A stretch of 64,000 bases of DNA from Mytilus californianus (GCF_021869535.1 NW_026262679.1:48422001-48486000); one strand, 5' to 3'; shown: positions 25,166-38,466, counted from the first letter of the stretch. Notes: generated by a model not told the origin, from the letters alone. Translations and numbers: made by a program.

Positions 25166-27639
25166 ATGTAAACTAATAAAAATCTAATTCAATCAAATTG
25201 CGTGAGATTCAATAACAATAATATCATAAGTATTAGGGGTAAACTGGGTAGGGAGAAAATGACAGATATATTAAGTTAATTTTTTGCAATAACGAAAAAA
25301 AACTTGTCGACCAAAAGTTTTGATATATTTTTAAAAACATGTCGTTCTGTATTGATATTGCTTCCGGAACTTTCATTTGCGTATTTAAGGAAATAGAAAG
25401 TTTGAGCGTCAAAAGTCTACATAATTATTGACTTTATACAGAAAGTTGCCCTTATAAAACATTTAATGTTTCACAAATAGTACATGGATACCAAGTAAAA
25501 TCATTTCTTAAAACACTGCAAAAAAAATTCTTTCTGATTGGTAATGTGTTATTGTCATAAAATGCGTTGAAGTGAACCGTGGTATAGCAAACATCGAATT
25601 CCCTCACACAATGTTATCACGCACTATAACAGGAAAAACATTGATAATGTTTAGACGATTAACTTCATTATCTTACTTTTTAGCCAAAGCTATCAAAAAG
25701 ATTAAACTTTAAATTCAAACTAAAAAAGTTCAATATGTTGAACAATTGTTTTACGACCATGCAATCCACATGCAAGCAAGTATCTCCAGTTTACGAGTAC
25801 AAAATTAGACACTTAATTGTAAAACACAAATTGATTTCATGCCAAAATTACGCGAGAACAGCAATTATCAGTCAAATTGAATCACATTTGAACCACTAGT
25901 ACAAGAATGAAATTTAATATACATCATAATTATAATATATTTACTGCCACTTAAGAATGTGAAGAAAATCTGCATAGTAAATCCAAATCGTTCATAGTTT
26001 CTAATCATTTAAAGGCATCTGGTTTATTATTGTTTCAGAACCGAAGATGCATTGTCTACTCCTGGGAAATTATTTTGTAAATCATATCAAGTCAAAACTG
26101 TTGCCCTCCACAATTCTTAAATAAACATTTTACAAAAAGGGGACGAAATATCATACTGTCCATGCTCAAAACCGTTTCAGTGGGCTATGACCTCTGATTT
26201 CTCTTTGGCAGTCTGAAAAAAATTAACGTGATTGTTTTACGTCCTCAAAAATTATCGAAATAGTGAACAAAAACTTTGGGTCATTTGTTCACTACTTATT
26301 TAAGGTTGTATAGGAATCATTGCACTCAACAGTTTTAAAGAACCAAGGCAAAAACCCTATAGTCACTGGCGTTGAACAATCTATTGATGTAATAAATCCA
26401 GGAACTCTCTGTGAACACGATTTTGAAGTTAGGAAGACTCCTGATATGTGGTTATACTTGACATTAGAATTGTTACAGATGACAAAGTTATTTTATAAAG
26501 ACAAATGTATATTAAACAACAGTTTCAAAATGTATATGTCTATTCACTATTCCCTACAACAACATTGAGCAATGCAATAATTTTGACCGCATCCCGTGAA
26601 GATTTCTGGCTTAAAGTTTATGCATGGATAAATTTCTCCCAACAATGTTCGATAATACGGGATAAATTCCTTCACGTGCCAATTTTTTTTTTTTAAATTG
26701 GACTCGCCAATTTTCCGAATTTATAAGCAGGTAGTCCTGAGATGAAAAGGGATAAAGTATCATTAAAATCGATTGATATGCAGAAAAGAATCATCGCTCT
26801 TGATAAAAGGTCACTTTTCAAATTTGAACGGATCCTATTCCGATATGAAAATATAAAATCGAATGATTTTAGAAGACCGCGCATATTATATTTGCAAAAA
26901 TCCAACATCTTATTGATAAAATTGTTTTAAAAATTGGTAAAATATTTTTGCTGCTAATCAATCATTTGTGCACAAATGTGTTCTTTTAATTTGTTTACCT
27001 CTCAAAGAAAACTTGATTTACTATATTTCTGACAACATTGTCATTTCGAATGGATTTATATATAAATACAATTCACTTTTGATATACTCTCCAATGTATT
27101 AGTAATATCAAAATCTAAAAATATTGATAGGGTACTGTATGATAGTGCTATATAATTCAATAACAGTGTCCAATCATGAAAGTTCTCAATTCATCAATAA
27201 ATCATTCCGTAAAAACAAAATTGACAAAATTATTTATCATTGAATGATATGAGAACAAGAAGCAAGTGTTTAAATGGACCTGACGATTTCCTTATAACTT
27301 TAAGCGTACTTCAGTCAAATGGGCCATGTGAACAATTATCAACACTTGGCGTCCGTCGTCGCAAAATGTCGTAATCTTTTTTCTTATAAGTTTCCTCTGA
27401 AAACCAACGGGCTATTTTAACTGAACTTAATGTGAATCATTACTTAAGGATTCTGGTATTAATTTTGTATTTTTTTCTGCCAATCAAACAACATGGCTAT
27501 TAAAAGAACTCAATGGTTAAATGCAACAATTGTCTGATATTGCCTTTAGATGGATTTGACTATTCTTTTTTTTTTGTGCCTTCGGTAATATAGCTTCTAG
27601 CGTTTCCATGTATTTATATATTCCTGGATTTCGGTTTTT

Positions 27640-28060
27640 AATGTTCTTCAACTTTGTGTTTGATTTGGCCATCCAACTGTTTTGTTTCCATGTTACTGCC
27701 CAGTAGTCAGCACTTCGGTGATGACATGAATATCAATTATATGGTCATTTTTATTAATTTCCTGTTTACAAAACTATGAATTTTTCGAAAAACTAAGGAA
27801 TTTCTTATCCCAGGCATAGATTACATTAGCCGTATTTGGCACAACTTTTTGGAATTTGGGTCCCCAATGCTCTTCAACTTTGTACTTGTTTGGCTTTATA
27901 ACTATCTTGATCTGAGCGTCACTGATAAGTCTTATGTAGACGAAACGCGCGTCTGGCGTATAAAATTATAATCCTGGTAACTTTGATAACTATTTACTGA
28001 TGAGTATTATGTTGACGAAACACACGTCTGGCGTACAAAATCCGAAGACTGGTATCTTTG
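27640..28060 (+). mobile_element. Mytilus Mg1-type retrozyme repeat (about one unit plus a partial second ribozyme)
   Basis: Contains type I hammerhead motifs at 27916-27959 and 27997-28035. The flanking text (CCCAGTAGTCAGCACTTCGGTG...GCTCTTCAACTTTGTACTTG) matches my recollection of the mussel Mg1 repeat. Confidence 0.7.
27916..27959 (+). ncRNA. Type I hammerhead ribozyme with a core mutation
   Basis: GCGTCA-CTGATAA-GTCT(TATGT)AGAC-GAAA-CGCGCG-TC-TGGCGT. Stems I and II pair and stem III is palindromic, but the core is CUGAUAA rather than CUGANGA. Confidence 0.75.
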
Positions 28061-28122
28061 ATGAGTTTTTTCTCAAATAATCAACTTGTCCAATCCTGAT
28101 GAAGGTTAAATGGCCAAAATAG

Positions 28123-28351
28123 ATCGCCAATGGCAGTCAGCAGGTTTTAAGAACATTTGTTGTTGGACCTGTTAGTCAAATGCGTTTTGTTAAAATATAC
28201 TTTTTCACTTTTTTGGTCTTTTGAAAAATGTTGTTTGTGCTGTATTTAGACCCCTCTAACAAGACATTTGTTTTGCATGCACACGTATAAAAATTGCGGT
28301 TTTTATCCAACGCAATCATAGGTTTGAACGTTGTTTTCAATTTAGATTTGT

Positions 28352-28353
<2 letters not shown>
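28123..28353 (+). repeat. 3' fragment of the 41579-42515 hammerhead element family, followed by (TA)n
   Basis: ATCGCCAATGGCAGTCAGCAGG...CAATTTAGATTTGTTG matches ~41745-41974. (TA)n at 28354-28383. Confidence 0.85.
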
Positions 28354-28386
<33 letters not shown>

Positions 28387-28469
28387 GTCTATAAAAAGGA
28401 CCAACCAGCAAATTTACTATGTACCGGATCGTCTAGAATAGACGATACTGTGCAGATAAGGAAAAAAAT

Positions 28470-28621
28470 TATATAAGTCTAGAGATTTGCACAACGATAC
28501 TAATATAAGATGGTATTATACGAAGATGTTGTTAATAAATCGTGTTGATTATTTATTAACAACATCTTCGTATAATACCATCTTATATTAGTATCGTTGT
28601 GCAAATCTCTAGACTTATATA
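28470..28621. repeat. Perfect 152-bp palindrome (71-bp arms, 10-nt loop)
   Basis: 28470-28540 is the exact reverse complement of 28551-28621, loop CGTGTTGATT. Abuts (TA)n. Confidence 0.95.
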
Positions 28622-28642
28622 TATATATATATATATATATAT

Positions 28643-28954
28643 CCATCTTTTTCGCAAGTTTTCTGTTTAGTATTAAATTTAAAATTAAGACCCATTTATT
28701 ACATCGGTGATCCGTTTATTTGGCAATCGCCAATGGCAGTCAGCAGGTTTTAAGAACATTTGTTGTTGGACCTGTTAGTCAAATGCGTTTTGTTAAAATA
28801 TACTTTTTCACTTTTTTGGTCTTTTGGAAAATGTTGTTTGTGCTGTATTTAGACCCCTCTAACAAGAAATTTGTTTTGCATGCACACGTATAAAAATTGC
28901 GGTTTTTATCCAACGCAATCATAGGTTTGAACGTTGTTTTTCAATTTAGACTTG
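28643..28954 (+). repeat. Second 3' fragment of the 41579-42515 hammerhead element family
   Basis: CCATCTTTTTCGCAAG...CAATTTAGACTTG matches ~41655-41972. (TA)n on both sides. Confidence 0.85.
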
Positions 28955-28972
28955 TATATGTATATATATATA

Positions 28973-30225
28973 GCCATCAGGTTAAAACGGATTTGTTCAT
29001 CGGAATTGAAATTAAACCACCGTTTGGGACAACTCAGACAGCAACTTAAATCAAGAGGTTATAAGAACAAAAATATTCCAGAAGCTTTCGGTAAAGCAAA
29101 AGAAAAAGACCGAACAAACCTACTTGAATACAAAGAAAAGACGGCCCAGACAAATAAAATCCCGTTTGTTGTTAGCTTCCATCCTGACCTGACAAATCTT
29201 TCATCTATTGTCCACAAACACTGGCGTCTTATTGAAAATGATACTTCCTTAAAAGAGATTTTTCCATCACCTCCCGTCATGGATTACCGCAGACCCAAAA
29301 ACCTCAAAGATATTCTAGTAACATCTAAGTATCTAAACAGGAGGTATCGACAATAGAAGGTTAAAAACCATGCGGAAGGGTCAATTGTAAGTGCTGCAAA
29401 GTCGCCAATATCGAAACCCAATTCGTCAGCACAGTCACAAAGAAAAAATACAACATATTCATAACATCAAATTGCAAAATGCAAAATTGTATTTATGTTC
29501 TAACGTGTGGAACATGCAAGTTGCAATATGTTGGTGAAACAGAAACACCATTTAACATCCGGCTAAATAACCATCGGTCATTTTATACAAAAGAAAGAAA
29601 CTGCCCAATCACAAGACATCTTTTAAGAGCAGGACATGATTTTGAAAACGTCACATTTCAAATCATTGAGAAAAACCAAAATTTGGATACAAGGAAGACA
29701 AAAGAGAGAGCGATTTTGGATGCACCAGTTACGAACTCTTGAACCTGATGGACTCAATGAGAGAGACGAAAAAAAATTTAAAAACAAATCAAAACAATGA
29801 TCTTGAAATCCTACAAATTAATTTATAGAAATTCATACAATTTATCGAACATCAATAAATATGTTAAACTTTTACTCCAACTGTATTTAGTTGAAGCTAC
29901 AAACATATATGTTGTATAGAACATCAATAAATTTTGTTAAACTTTTACTCAAATTTTGTGTAGTTCAAGCTACAAAAATATTTTTTTGTCATGCATCCGA
30001 TTTTACCTTGAGAGATGCACACGCCTGATGAAGCTAATTTGTTTAGCGAAATATTGCGTATTTCTATTTAAAATCTAATAGAACTTTTTAATGTATTAAT
30101 TAGCGTGTTTAAGTTATATTCCTAGACATTTATATAATTTTAATTCAGTAACTGTATCAGTTTATTTTCACAAACTGATCCACGCCTAAATAGATTGGAT
30201 GTTGATTGTTGCTATTTTCAGACAT
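28973..30225 (+). mobile_element. 5'-truncated Penelope-like element (Neptune-type): RT C-terminus, Zn finger, GIY-YIG endonuclease, 3' repeat with hammerhead
   Basis: AIRLKRICSS...LKSRGY (RT thumb); linker IPFVVSFHP...YRRPKNLKDILV; KPCGRVNCKCCK; CIYVLTCGTCKLQYVGETETPFNIRLNNHRS...RHL...H (GIY-YIG-like); LEPDGLNER. Frameshifts near 29340 and 29710. (TA)n on both sides. Confidence 0.9.
30021..30059 (+). ncRNA. Minimal type I hammerhead ribozyme in the Penelope 3' region
   Basis: ACGC-CTGATGA-A-GCTAA(TTTGT)TTAGC-GAAA-TAT-T-GCGT. Stems I and II pair; stem III is reduced to the palindrome ATAT. Confidence 0.65.
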
Positions 30226-31184
30226 TATATATATATATATATATATATATATTCATGCATTGTTCCAATAATTTCTTTAACATTTTAATGACCGAAAAAT
30301 CGTTATATACGACTGTAACCTCTGGAAGTTTTAAATAAATTACATGCTTTTGGTGATCCTTTCAAGTCGTTTGACAATTATAACTGTTCGACTCTCTACA
30401 CAAAACAAAAAGAAGAAGTTTTCTTAAAATAAGATGGTAATTGAAAATTAGATTGCAAATAAATGTCCTTTCCCCGGTCATTTAGTAAGCAACGATAAAA
30501 TAAACATTGATCAAACAAAACAGAAGAAAGGTTCTATAAGCTTTGTCTTTTTTCCTGTATCTAAAGCTCTCACACATATATTTTGCGACAGCGCTGCAGA
30601 TACCAAACAGTAAAGTCTTAACACGTTTGGGTTAAACAAGAATAAAATTGGATTATCTCTCGTTTATTAGGAAAGTATTACATGTATTGATAAATAATTC
30701 GAATATCGTCATGTACATGCCCTCTGATATTTAATCTATTTAACTAATGTCTACGCTATGTCGATTGTCCGGACGCTTCTAATAAGGTTAATCGTTCAGA
30801 GTATTAAAAATCTGCCATAAACACAAAATGAAAAAATGAAAACAAAAACAGAAAGATATGTGAAATGGCAAGCACTGGGGTGTTCCTTAAAAGGGACAAG
30901 AGCATGTGAAAGGTCCAAATTTATTTTCTTAGACCTTAACGCAATCTTTTTTCATCTCAGTCTTTAGAATTACAAAAGGTACTAAAAACATACAAATCAA
31001 TATCAGAGAAGTTTGTACAAATGTAAATCGAAACTTTTTTCTCTTGTCAGACCTTACGGTCCAGCCATGTCTGTTATCTGAACATTTAACTCATTAAAAT
31101 AATTAAAAATCAATTGTTATTACATTTAGGAATACAAGAGTTTTGTGATTTCGGTGATATTAAATGTTTTATTTGAAAATATAA

Positions 31185-33035
31185 CAAACATTACAACAGC
31201 CTTAAGAAAGTAGTGTTCATCCTATAAGTAAACTAATGTCTTTAAAATTTATTTATATACTGAACCATTCGTAAGAGTTTGCGAAGTCTGGAAACATAGC
31301 AAACTTTACATAAAAGATCGTTTGAATGAATTTTGACATAGTAGCAACTATAATGATCTCTTATTCTTTTTACGAATGGCCAATGATTCTGTTGTAGCAA
31401 CAATTTTCTTGAAACAAGTCAGTTTGCAGCATATGAAAGTTCTACAGAAAACCACTATTGCCATTAAGATAAGGTTTACTAGGTACATAATCTGAGAGGT
31501 GGCTAGTTGGATGTCACGTGGTAATTCTTCAAAACAAAAAATACCATTGAGTTCATGCAAGATACTGCATTTGTCCATCAAACTAGGACAGAATATGAAA
31601 ATTGATGAGACGGTTATTACGGCAGATGATACAACAGAAACCTTTATAATAATAGAACGTTTTGTCCAAAATAGAAATAAAATTGCCACAGCATTGTGCG
31701 GGGGTCTCATTGGGGGGTTCTGATCCCGGATCCCGCTTACTGTTTTGTCAGATTCCCGTATCCCGCTTACACTATGTACGTCAGCAATTCTCATTTTTTT
31801 GTAATTTCCCGTGTCCCGCTAGACTTCATTTCCCGTTTTCACGGCACAATAATTTGACTTTCACGTGTCACGCTACAAAAAATCGGCAATCCCGGGTCAC
31901 GCTTATACCCCAATGAGACCCACTTGTGCAAGCAAAGTACTGTTGTGAAAAGTACTGACATCAAATGAAATGCAAATGAGTTTGTCATAATAATAGTGTA
32001 TGTCACACATGACGGATACCACTAATACCACATTAACACTCCAGCAGGATGTTGCATGGGCTTGCAACGTTCTAATACATCCAGTGAAACTGTTTAGATT
32101 GAAGTTAAAAGATCGGACAAAGCCAACCCGGACAACCAAACTGTAATTGTTGACATATTTTCTTTTTTCAGGAATATGACAAATACTATGGTGTTTACCC
32201 ATAAGATTTCCACAGCTATAGCAGATTCAAAATATACTATTTCTTCCTTTGGCATATAAGACCATTCATGATAACATTAAATATCTAACCTTGCTGTATC
32301 GTTAATATCATTTAATATTTTACCGATTTTTGAAACGCTTAGAAAGATTGTATGGTTAGTTAGTTTTCTCAAGAATTCATTTGTGCAAACCTGACATTCA
32401 GGATTTTGGTATCAACCATATCAGAAGCATAGAACCATGTATAACGAACGGTTGTTATTACCATTTCCATGTTCACTTACATAACCATGTGATGTGAAAT
32501 GAAAGTCTTAAAAATCGTTGAAAGGTATACTCTATAAGAAATGCGTACAACTCAGATTGTGTCAGCAATGGTTCGATGTCATAGAGATTTGAAAACGACG
32601 CCATACATTTTGAATATATGAAATATATATTTGAATAATTAAATTGTTCCATTTTAAATTCATGAATCGGCTTATCTTCAAATCTTATTTTTTGGGGAAT
32701 TAAGGGACACATCCGTGTACTGGTTTTACAAGTTGGTGTCCTAAGCATTTTTGTGTTTTGCTCTTTCATAAAACCACTCGCCAGTCTCCGCATAATTCCA
32801 CAGTAATTTTACACACTTCGGTTCGATTGATTCAAGAAAGAAAGAAGAATAATTATCATAATCAATTACTCGAAACATGCTAGGGAGTGGCCCACCAATA
32901 GACGTGATTCGTAACCTTTTCCCCTTTAGATGTGTCCAATTCCCCAACGGTCGTACAGTTTGACAATTTTCTCCAAGCATACGAATGACTGAATTTTACA
33001 AAACGTTAAAGTAAGATATTCGTTGTACGAACCAT
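31185..33035 (-). pseudogene. GPCR paralog (copy B), multiply disrupted
   Basis: ATG at 33035 (MVRTTNILL*) stops after 9 codons. Fragments RLRITSIGGPLPSMFRVIDYD, CMASFSNLYDIEPLLTQS and FWTKRSIIIKVSVVSSAVI...RKKNKRS align to copy A. Frameshifts, deletions and a MITE at 31700-31923. Confidence 0.85.
31700..31923. mobile_element. MITE inserted in GPCR copy B
   Basis: TIR GGGGGTCTCATTGGGG...CCCCAATGAGACCCAC, TTGTGC on both sides. Copy A has the empty site (AGCCTTGTGCAAGG, ~9065). Confidence 0.85.
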
Positions 33036-36000
33036 GATTTGCTCTTCTGGTTTGGCAATTCTATGATGAGTTTCTCTATATTTCAGAATGATATACTAGT
33101 ACTAGATTAGATGCATTTGATATTTAATAGTCATCGAAGTAATGTATATCAATAATAATTTGGAAAACAAATTAGATCCTTAGAGATATCGAAATATTCA
33201 GATTCATTTATGACATCACAAACTGTTAATGACATTAAGAAAATAATAAAACAAACAGATCAGATCGTTATTTTAATGTCAAGACTGATGCTAGAATAAA
33301 AATTCAAATGATCAGAAAACCAAATGAGATTTAAAATCCAACAACAACTAAATTTAATGCTAAATTAAATAAATAACCGAAATTGAGCATCTTTAACAAA
33401 TTTTCTCTGACAAAAATAAATTATACATAAGGCATATAACAATTAAATTATTTTACGTATGGTGTCATGATTGAAAAGTCAAATATGTTTAAGTTTATAT
33501 ATTTTAACAAGTAGGGTGAAACATGGCATGGACTGAAACTACAATAACTTTAAACACTCTCTAATTATCTGTTACTTTACCTTCCTGGCTTCCAAATGGT
33601 TAAGTTTGAGTATTCCTGGTAAAGTTAAATTCAGAAAAGAAATTCGGTTACACAAAATTTATAAAGAGTTATTCTGATATCTTACATGTACATATACAAC
33701 ACTCATTATGCGACTAAGTATAACATGATTAATGAAGTAATACATAAGAAGTAACTTCAAGTAAAGAGAGATAACTGCTTTTTGAAATGATAAAATTAGT
33801 ATTCATAAAAATTTTGAACAGCAACCATTCTTTCTTTCGTCTACAGAATTTTCAGTTTGCAAACACGTATTAAGTGTAGACATACATGCTATTGGTATAC
33901 GTATGAATAAGAAAACGAACTTATTAAACTTTTAAAAAAAAGTACTACAAAAGTTGAGTATCCTTCCCCTGTATTTTATGAAAACTTCTGAATTATTGAC
34001 AGAATGAGAGGAATTCTGTTTTGATTTTTTAAAAACGGTTGTTAAAGGAGTAGGTTAATGAAGGGTCAATATTGGCCTTAAAATGCCATGAAAATTAACT
34101 TCAATTATGATAGTTAACATTTAATCAAATATGTAAAAATATCTGACAAATACAAAATCAATTAGCTCTGACGCATGGGAACACTTGTGATATCATTATG
34201 GAGTCATAATAGTGGACTCATATGAAGAATATCATAATTTTGATTAATTGTTTATTCAAGTTTTAATAGTTTCTGCCTCAAACGACCATGCATTGACCAA
34301 ATTTCTTTTGTGAGGATGTATATCTACTCAATATATGCTTCTTTTTATAACAATCTTATTTTTGTCGAAGGGTGTGGCCAACGTTTTTAGAAGAAAATAA
34401 ACCTTACAAAAGTAAGGCGAAAAATACCAAAGGGGTATTCAAACTCAGAAGTCGAAAACTAACTGACAATGCCATGGCCAAAAACGAAAAACGACCAAAA
34501 CACAAACAACAGTACACAAAACACAACATAGAAAACTAAAGACTGAGCAACACGAACCCCACCACAATCCGAGAGGGATCTCAGGTGCACCGAATGCTCT
34601 GAAAGGGTAAGCAGATCCTGCTCAACATATTGCACCCGTCGTGTTCCTCGTGTAAGTACAAAATAAGGCTAATTAAGAAGGTTACATATGAGGTAAAGAG
34701 GATGGGGTTGTGGTAACGACAATTTGGACACATCCGTCGTCATATGTGAAAGATATATTCCATAACAGTCAACCAACTCTTGATGGGGTCCGTAAAATTT
34801 TCGAAGGGATCATTTCAACTTCACGACTTGGAACTCTTGGTTAAATAGCTTCCTTGTAAGCAGCAACCCTCTATCAAGGAAGTCATGATATTAAATGCAA
34901 GCTCTGGAATATCGTATCAACTGGATATATATATATATATATACTCTATATGTAGGCGCTGCTAGAATGTTGCTACATAGAAATGGAAAGTTCACAATTG
35001 GAAAGCTGAAATCATGTCTTTTGTCTTAAAGTTTTGCTCTCAAAGATGAAATCTGACTAAAAACTTTTTAAATATCATATTTTTTAGCCTGTCAATATTG
35101 TATAAACGAACAGCAGACAGAAAAAAGATCTAGTTTATATAAATTTGCGTACTTAAGATCCTAAATATGGGTTTTTACTCATGTATTTTTAAACTTCGAC
35201 TTCCAGAGTCAAATTAAGGCCTACCGCAACCAGAAAAAAGAATGTTGGCAAAGAACAAAAGCACAGTTTGTTATCTACAGACAAATCAATCATATTGCAT
35301 TACCAACCAGAGAGTATGTTTTCAAATATCCTACTTATATTTATGATAAAAATTACATGGAGACAAACCTAGCAAATTCAAGTGGATTCAATATGTAAAG
35401 TCTATTTTTGGATGATAGTTGTCTTAGTTTTATATGGAACGAAGATTTAGTTGTAAATATTGATTATATGAAGAGTATAGTTAAGCAACGATAAACAGAT
35501 CAGTACTATCATGTTTTCTCACAGATACATTGTACATTACTCATCAAAAGGAGGGGGCTATTATGTTTTATTCAGACTAGAGTTTTGTTTGGAATCATAT
35601 TTATTACGATTTTTCCCCAGGGACAGATATTGTATTTTGAAGTTTCTTATTAAGACAGAGATTGGCAGTGGTTCAGCGAGAGAAAAAAATATGTACTTTA
35701 TGTCATGAGGGAATAGGTGATGAGTTTCGTGTATTGTTAACTTGTAAAAATACTGATAATTCTGATCAAAGTTTATACCATATCATTATGTAATTAATCT
35801 AAGAATGAAGACATTTTACTGGTCTGCTTTCTTTATGTAACGTCCAAATTCCAAAGAAACTATATTTTTTTCTTAAAAAACATTATAAAATACTTCAACT
35901 AAATACCAAATGTCTTTTATACCACACTATGTACTTGTTTCCTGTCTCGTTATGTAATTATTTGATGAATATGATGATATTGTCCTCATGTACACCTTTA

Positions 36001-36266
36001 TGTGTCTGAGGTTATGAAAAAATATGGAAAAATATGGAAAATCTTGGCCCTAACCTTTTCTGAATCATACGATTTATTGAACATTCAAATGAAAGTTTAA
36101 TAAGTTGAGGTTCACATCGGATCTTACTAAAGATATTTAGCTGATTAGTTTGTTTCAAAATAAGTTTAATTTGTCTAAAATATATCTTTTGAAAAAAATC
36201 TCAACTCCTTACGAAGTGAACTTGGAGGTAAATATTTATGTCATATCTTGAACAGTGAAAGTTTAA

Positions 36267-36844
36267 AGGGACATTAGGCTACGAATTCGACGAAAAAATA
36301 AAATTTGATTTTGTTTTGTTTTGTTTTAAATATTTATAAAAGCTGAATAAAGAAATAATAGGAGTCAGTTTTTGTTCAATTTTGTCAAAATAAGCCAAAA
36401 AATCACTGATGTATTATTGACCGTCAATAACTCAACTCATTTGAATCCATATTCATGTAACCTTTAATTTGACCTTAAGAAGACATTGTCTGGGGTGGTC
36501 AGCCTGTTAATTCATTAAAAAGAAAGGTATATCAACATTGAAAACTGAAACAAGGAAGACACTAGGAATAACCATTTCGTTGAATGATCCGGCCTACAAA
36601 GATCATTCTTATACATGCAGGTAAAACGACGATATACCAGTATTTTTCAAATATAAATTCAAACAGACGTGGAAAAATCCGATTGCACGCGCTCGCAATA
36701 TATTCATATTTATGCAATCCCATGCATTGTTAATTGTTTCTTTTAGAATTTTTTGTAATTTGGATAAACTTTTTAACCAGTTATAAATAAAAGATGAGAA
36801 TTTAGATCAAATCGGTGAACATGAATTTGACAGCTAATGTCCCT
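36267..36844. mobile_element. Non-autonomous Kolobok-type DNA transposon
   Basis: TTAA|AGGGACATTAG...CTAATGTCCCT|TTAA (TSD 36263-36266, 36845-36848). Confidence 0.8.
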
Positions 36845-37639
36845 TTAATTACAATTACCATATATTTATGATAGATTTTTTTTTCTTCAAAAAAGTGCTT
36901 TATAATAGATATAAGAAGATTATAAGCATTTTTATGGCTCTTGTGTTTGTTGTCATCTTAATATGTAATTAACAATTTATCAATAGAGGTTTTTTTTTAT
37001 AGTATGAACACCGTAAATATGATATAAAGGAGATAACTATCCACAGGATATTAAATGACGTAGAATAAACACCCATAAGTCATCGTTCGGTCTTCAACAA
37101 GGACAAAAAAAAAACAATTCCATATAGAAAGAAGCCATGTTTTCGAAAGGAATGGAGGGGGAGGGGGAGGGGGGGGTTGGCGCCAACAAACTAGTTTAAC
37201 CCCGCCACATTCTATATGTGCCTGTCCAATCCCAAGATAGGGCCTTTTATAGCTGACTATGCGTTATGGGCTTTTTTCATTGTTGAAGGCCGTGCGGTGA
37301 CCAATAGTAGTTAATTTCTGTGTCATTTGGTCTCTTGTGGAGAGTTGTCTCATTGCCAATCATACCACATCTTCTTGTTTTTATATTTGCATTTGATTCA
37401 TGTATTATCCATTTGTTATATGGATTTTTTCTCTAACGACGTATTGACACCTAATATATTTTAGATAAAGCAATTCTCTTTTTTAAATGTAAGTGTTTGT
37501 AAAATGTTGGCAAACTGTATAATTATGAGTACGTTCAAACTCTTATATTTTAGTATACTCTTACATTTGTATCTCATTACTTCTACATGCCGTAAACATA
37601 TGATCCAATGGATCTTCGTGGTGTGATGATTTATCTGTT

Positions 37640-37790
37640 CCTGGATTACAATGCCCTTCAACTTCGTACTGTATTTGGCCTTTATAGCTTTTTTTTTATT
37701 CCAGCGTCACTGATAGATCTTTTATAGACGAAACGCGCAACTGTCGTACACAATTTAATCCTGGTATCTATGATGACTTTATTTACAGCC
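37640..37790 (+). repeat. Degraded Mg1-like hammerhead repeat fragment
   Basis: CAGCGTCACTGATAGATCTTTTATAGACGAAACGCGC...AATCCTGGTATCTATGATGA resembles 27880-28050. Ribozyme core broken. Confidence 0.6.
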
Positions 37791-38265
37791 TTGTCGTGTG
37801 ATTATCTTAAGTTATTTCGGAGGTCATGTGTTCATGTCCGGTACGCCTAAAACCCAAAACTTTGAATCATAGTTTGCTGACTTTCCGTAAAACACTCATT
37901 ATTTGAAAATCCATACGGTATAGATAGCAGTCTTGTTCCTTCAAAACTAAATTGGTAACAAAAATCGCCTTTCAAGGGCAAAAATCCTATTTATTATATT
38001 TATTACTAGATGAAACACTAAAAAAAATCATCAATTAAGGGCAATAACTCATAAAAGAAGTGGATAAACAATTTCTATCAAATTATCATATAACACTTGA
38101 CACTTTTAATTTGCAAAACACTCATTTGCAAATCCGCCGCCGCCTCTCCTTAGACCTACAGTGTCGTGTATATAACCAAAATGTGTGGAATTACATGGGA
38201 TTCAATAATTTCGTTGCTTTTCTGCTGTTATTATTATATATATTTTGTAATTTGATTTAGAAAAA

Positions 38266-38466
38266 CATGGGATTTTCAATATCCCATGGGATATGGCAAA
38301 TCCCATGGCATTGACCATTATCCCATGGGATTTTGGTTAAATCCCATAGGATTTTTTTGGGTCCCATGGGATAATTGTAGTCCCATGGGATATTTGTTGT
38401 CCCATGGGACAAAATAAATCCCATGGGACTATAATTATCCAATGGGATTTTTAATATCCCATGGGA
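38266..38466. repeat. Array of 11 TCCCATGGGA palindromes at 19-21-bp spacing
   Basis: Units at 38266 (partial), 38282, 38301, 38321, 38342, 38362, 38381, 38400, 38419, 38438, 38457, with 9-11-nt variable AT-rich spacers. Confidence 0.9.

Noticed and set aside
25165-27300. TM/TIR continuation of the Toll-like pseudogene
   Set aside because: No TIR box motifs found in the plus-strand frames I read; the short ORFs here look random.
38266-38466. CRISPR array (palindromic repeats with variable spacers)
   Set aside because: Repeats are 10 bp and spacers 9-11 bp, far below CRISPR sizes; no cas genes; eukaryotic context.
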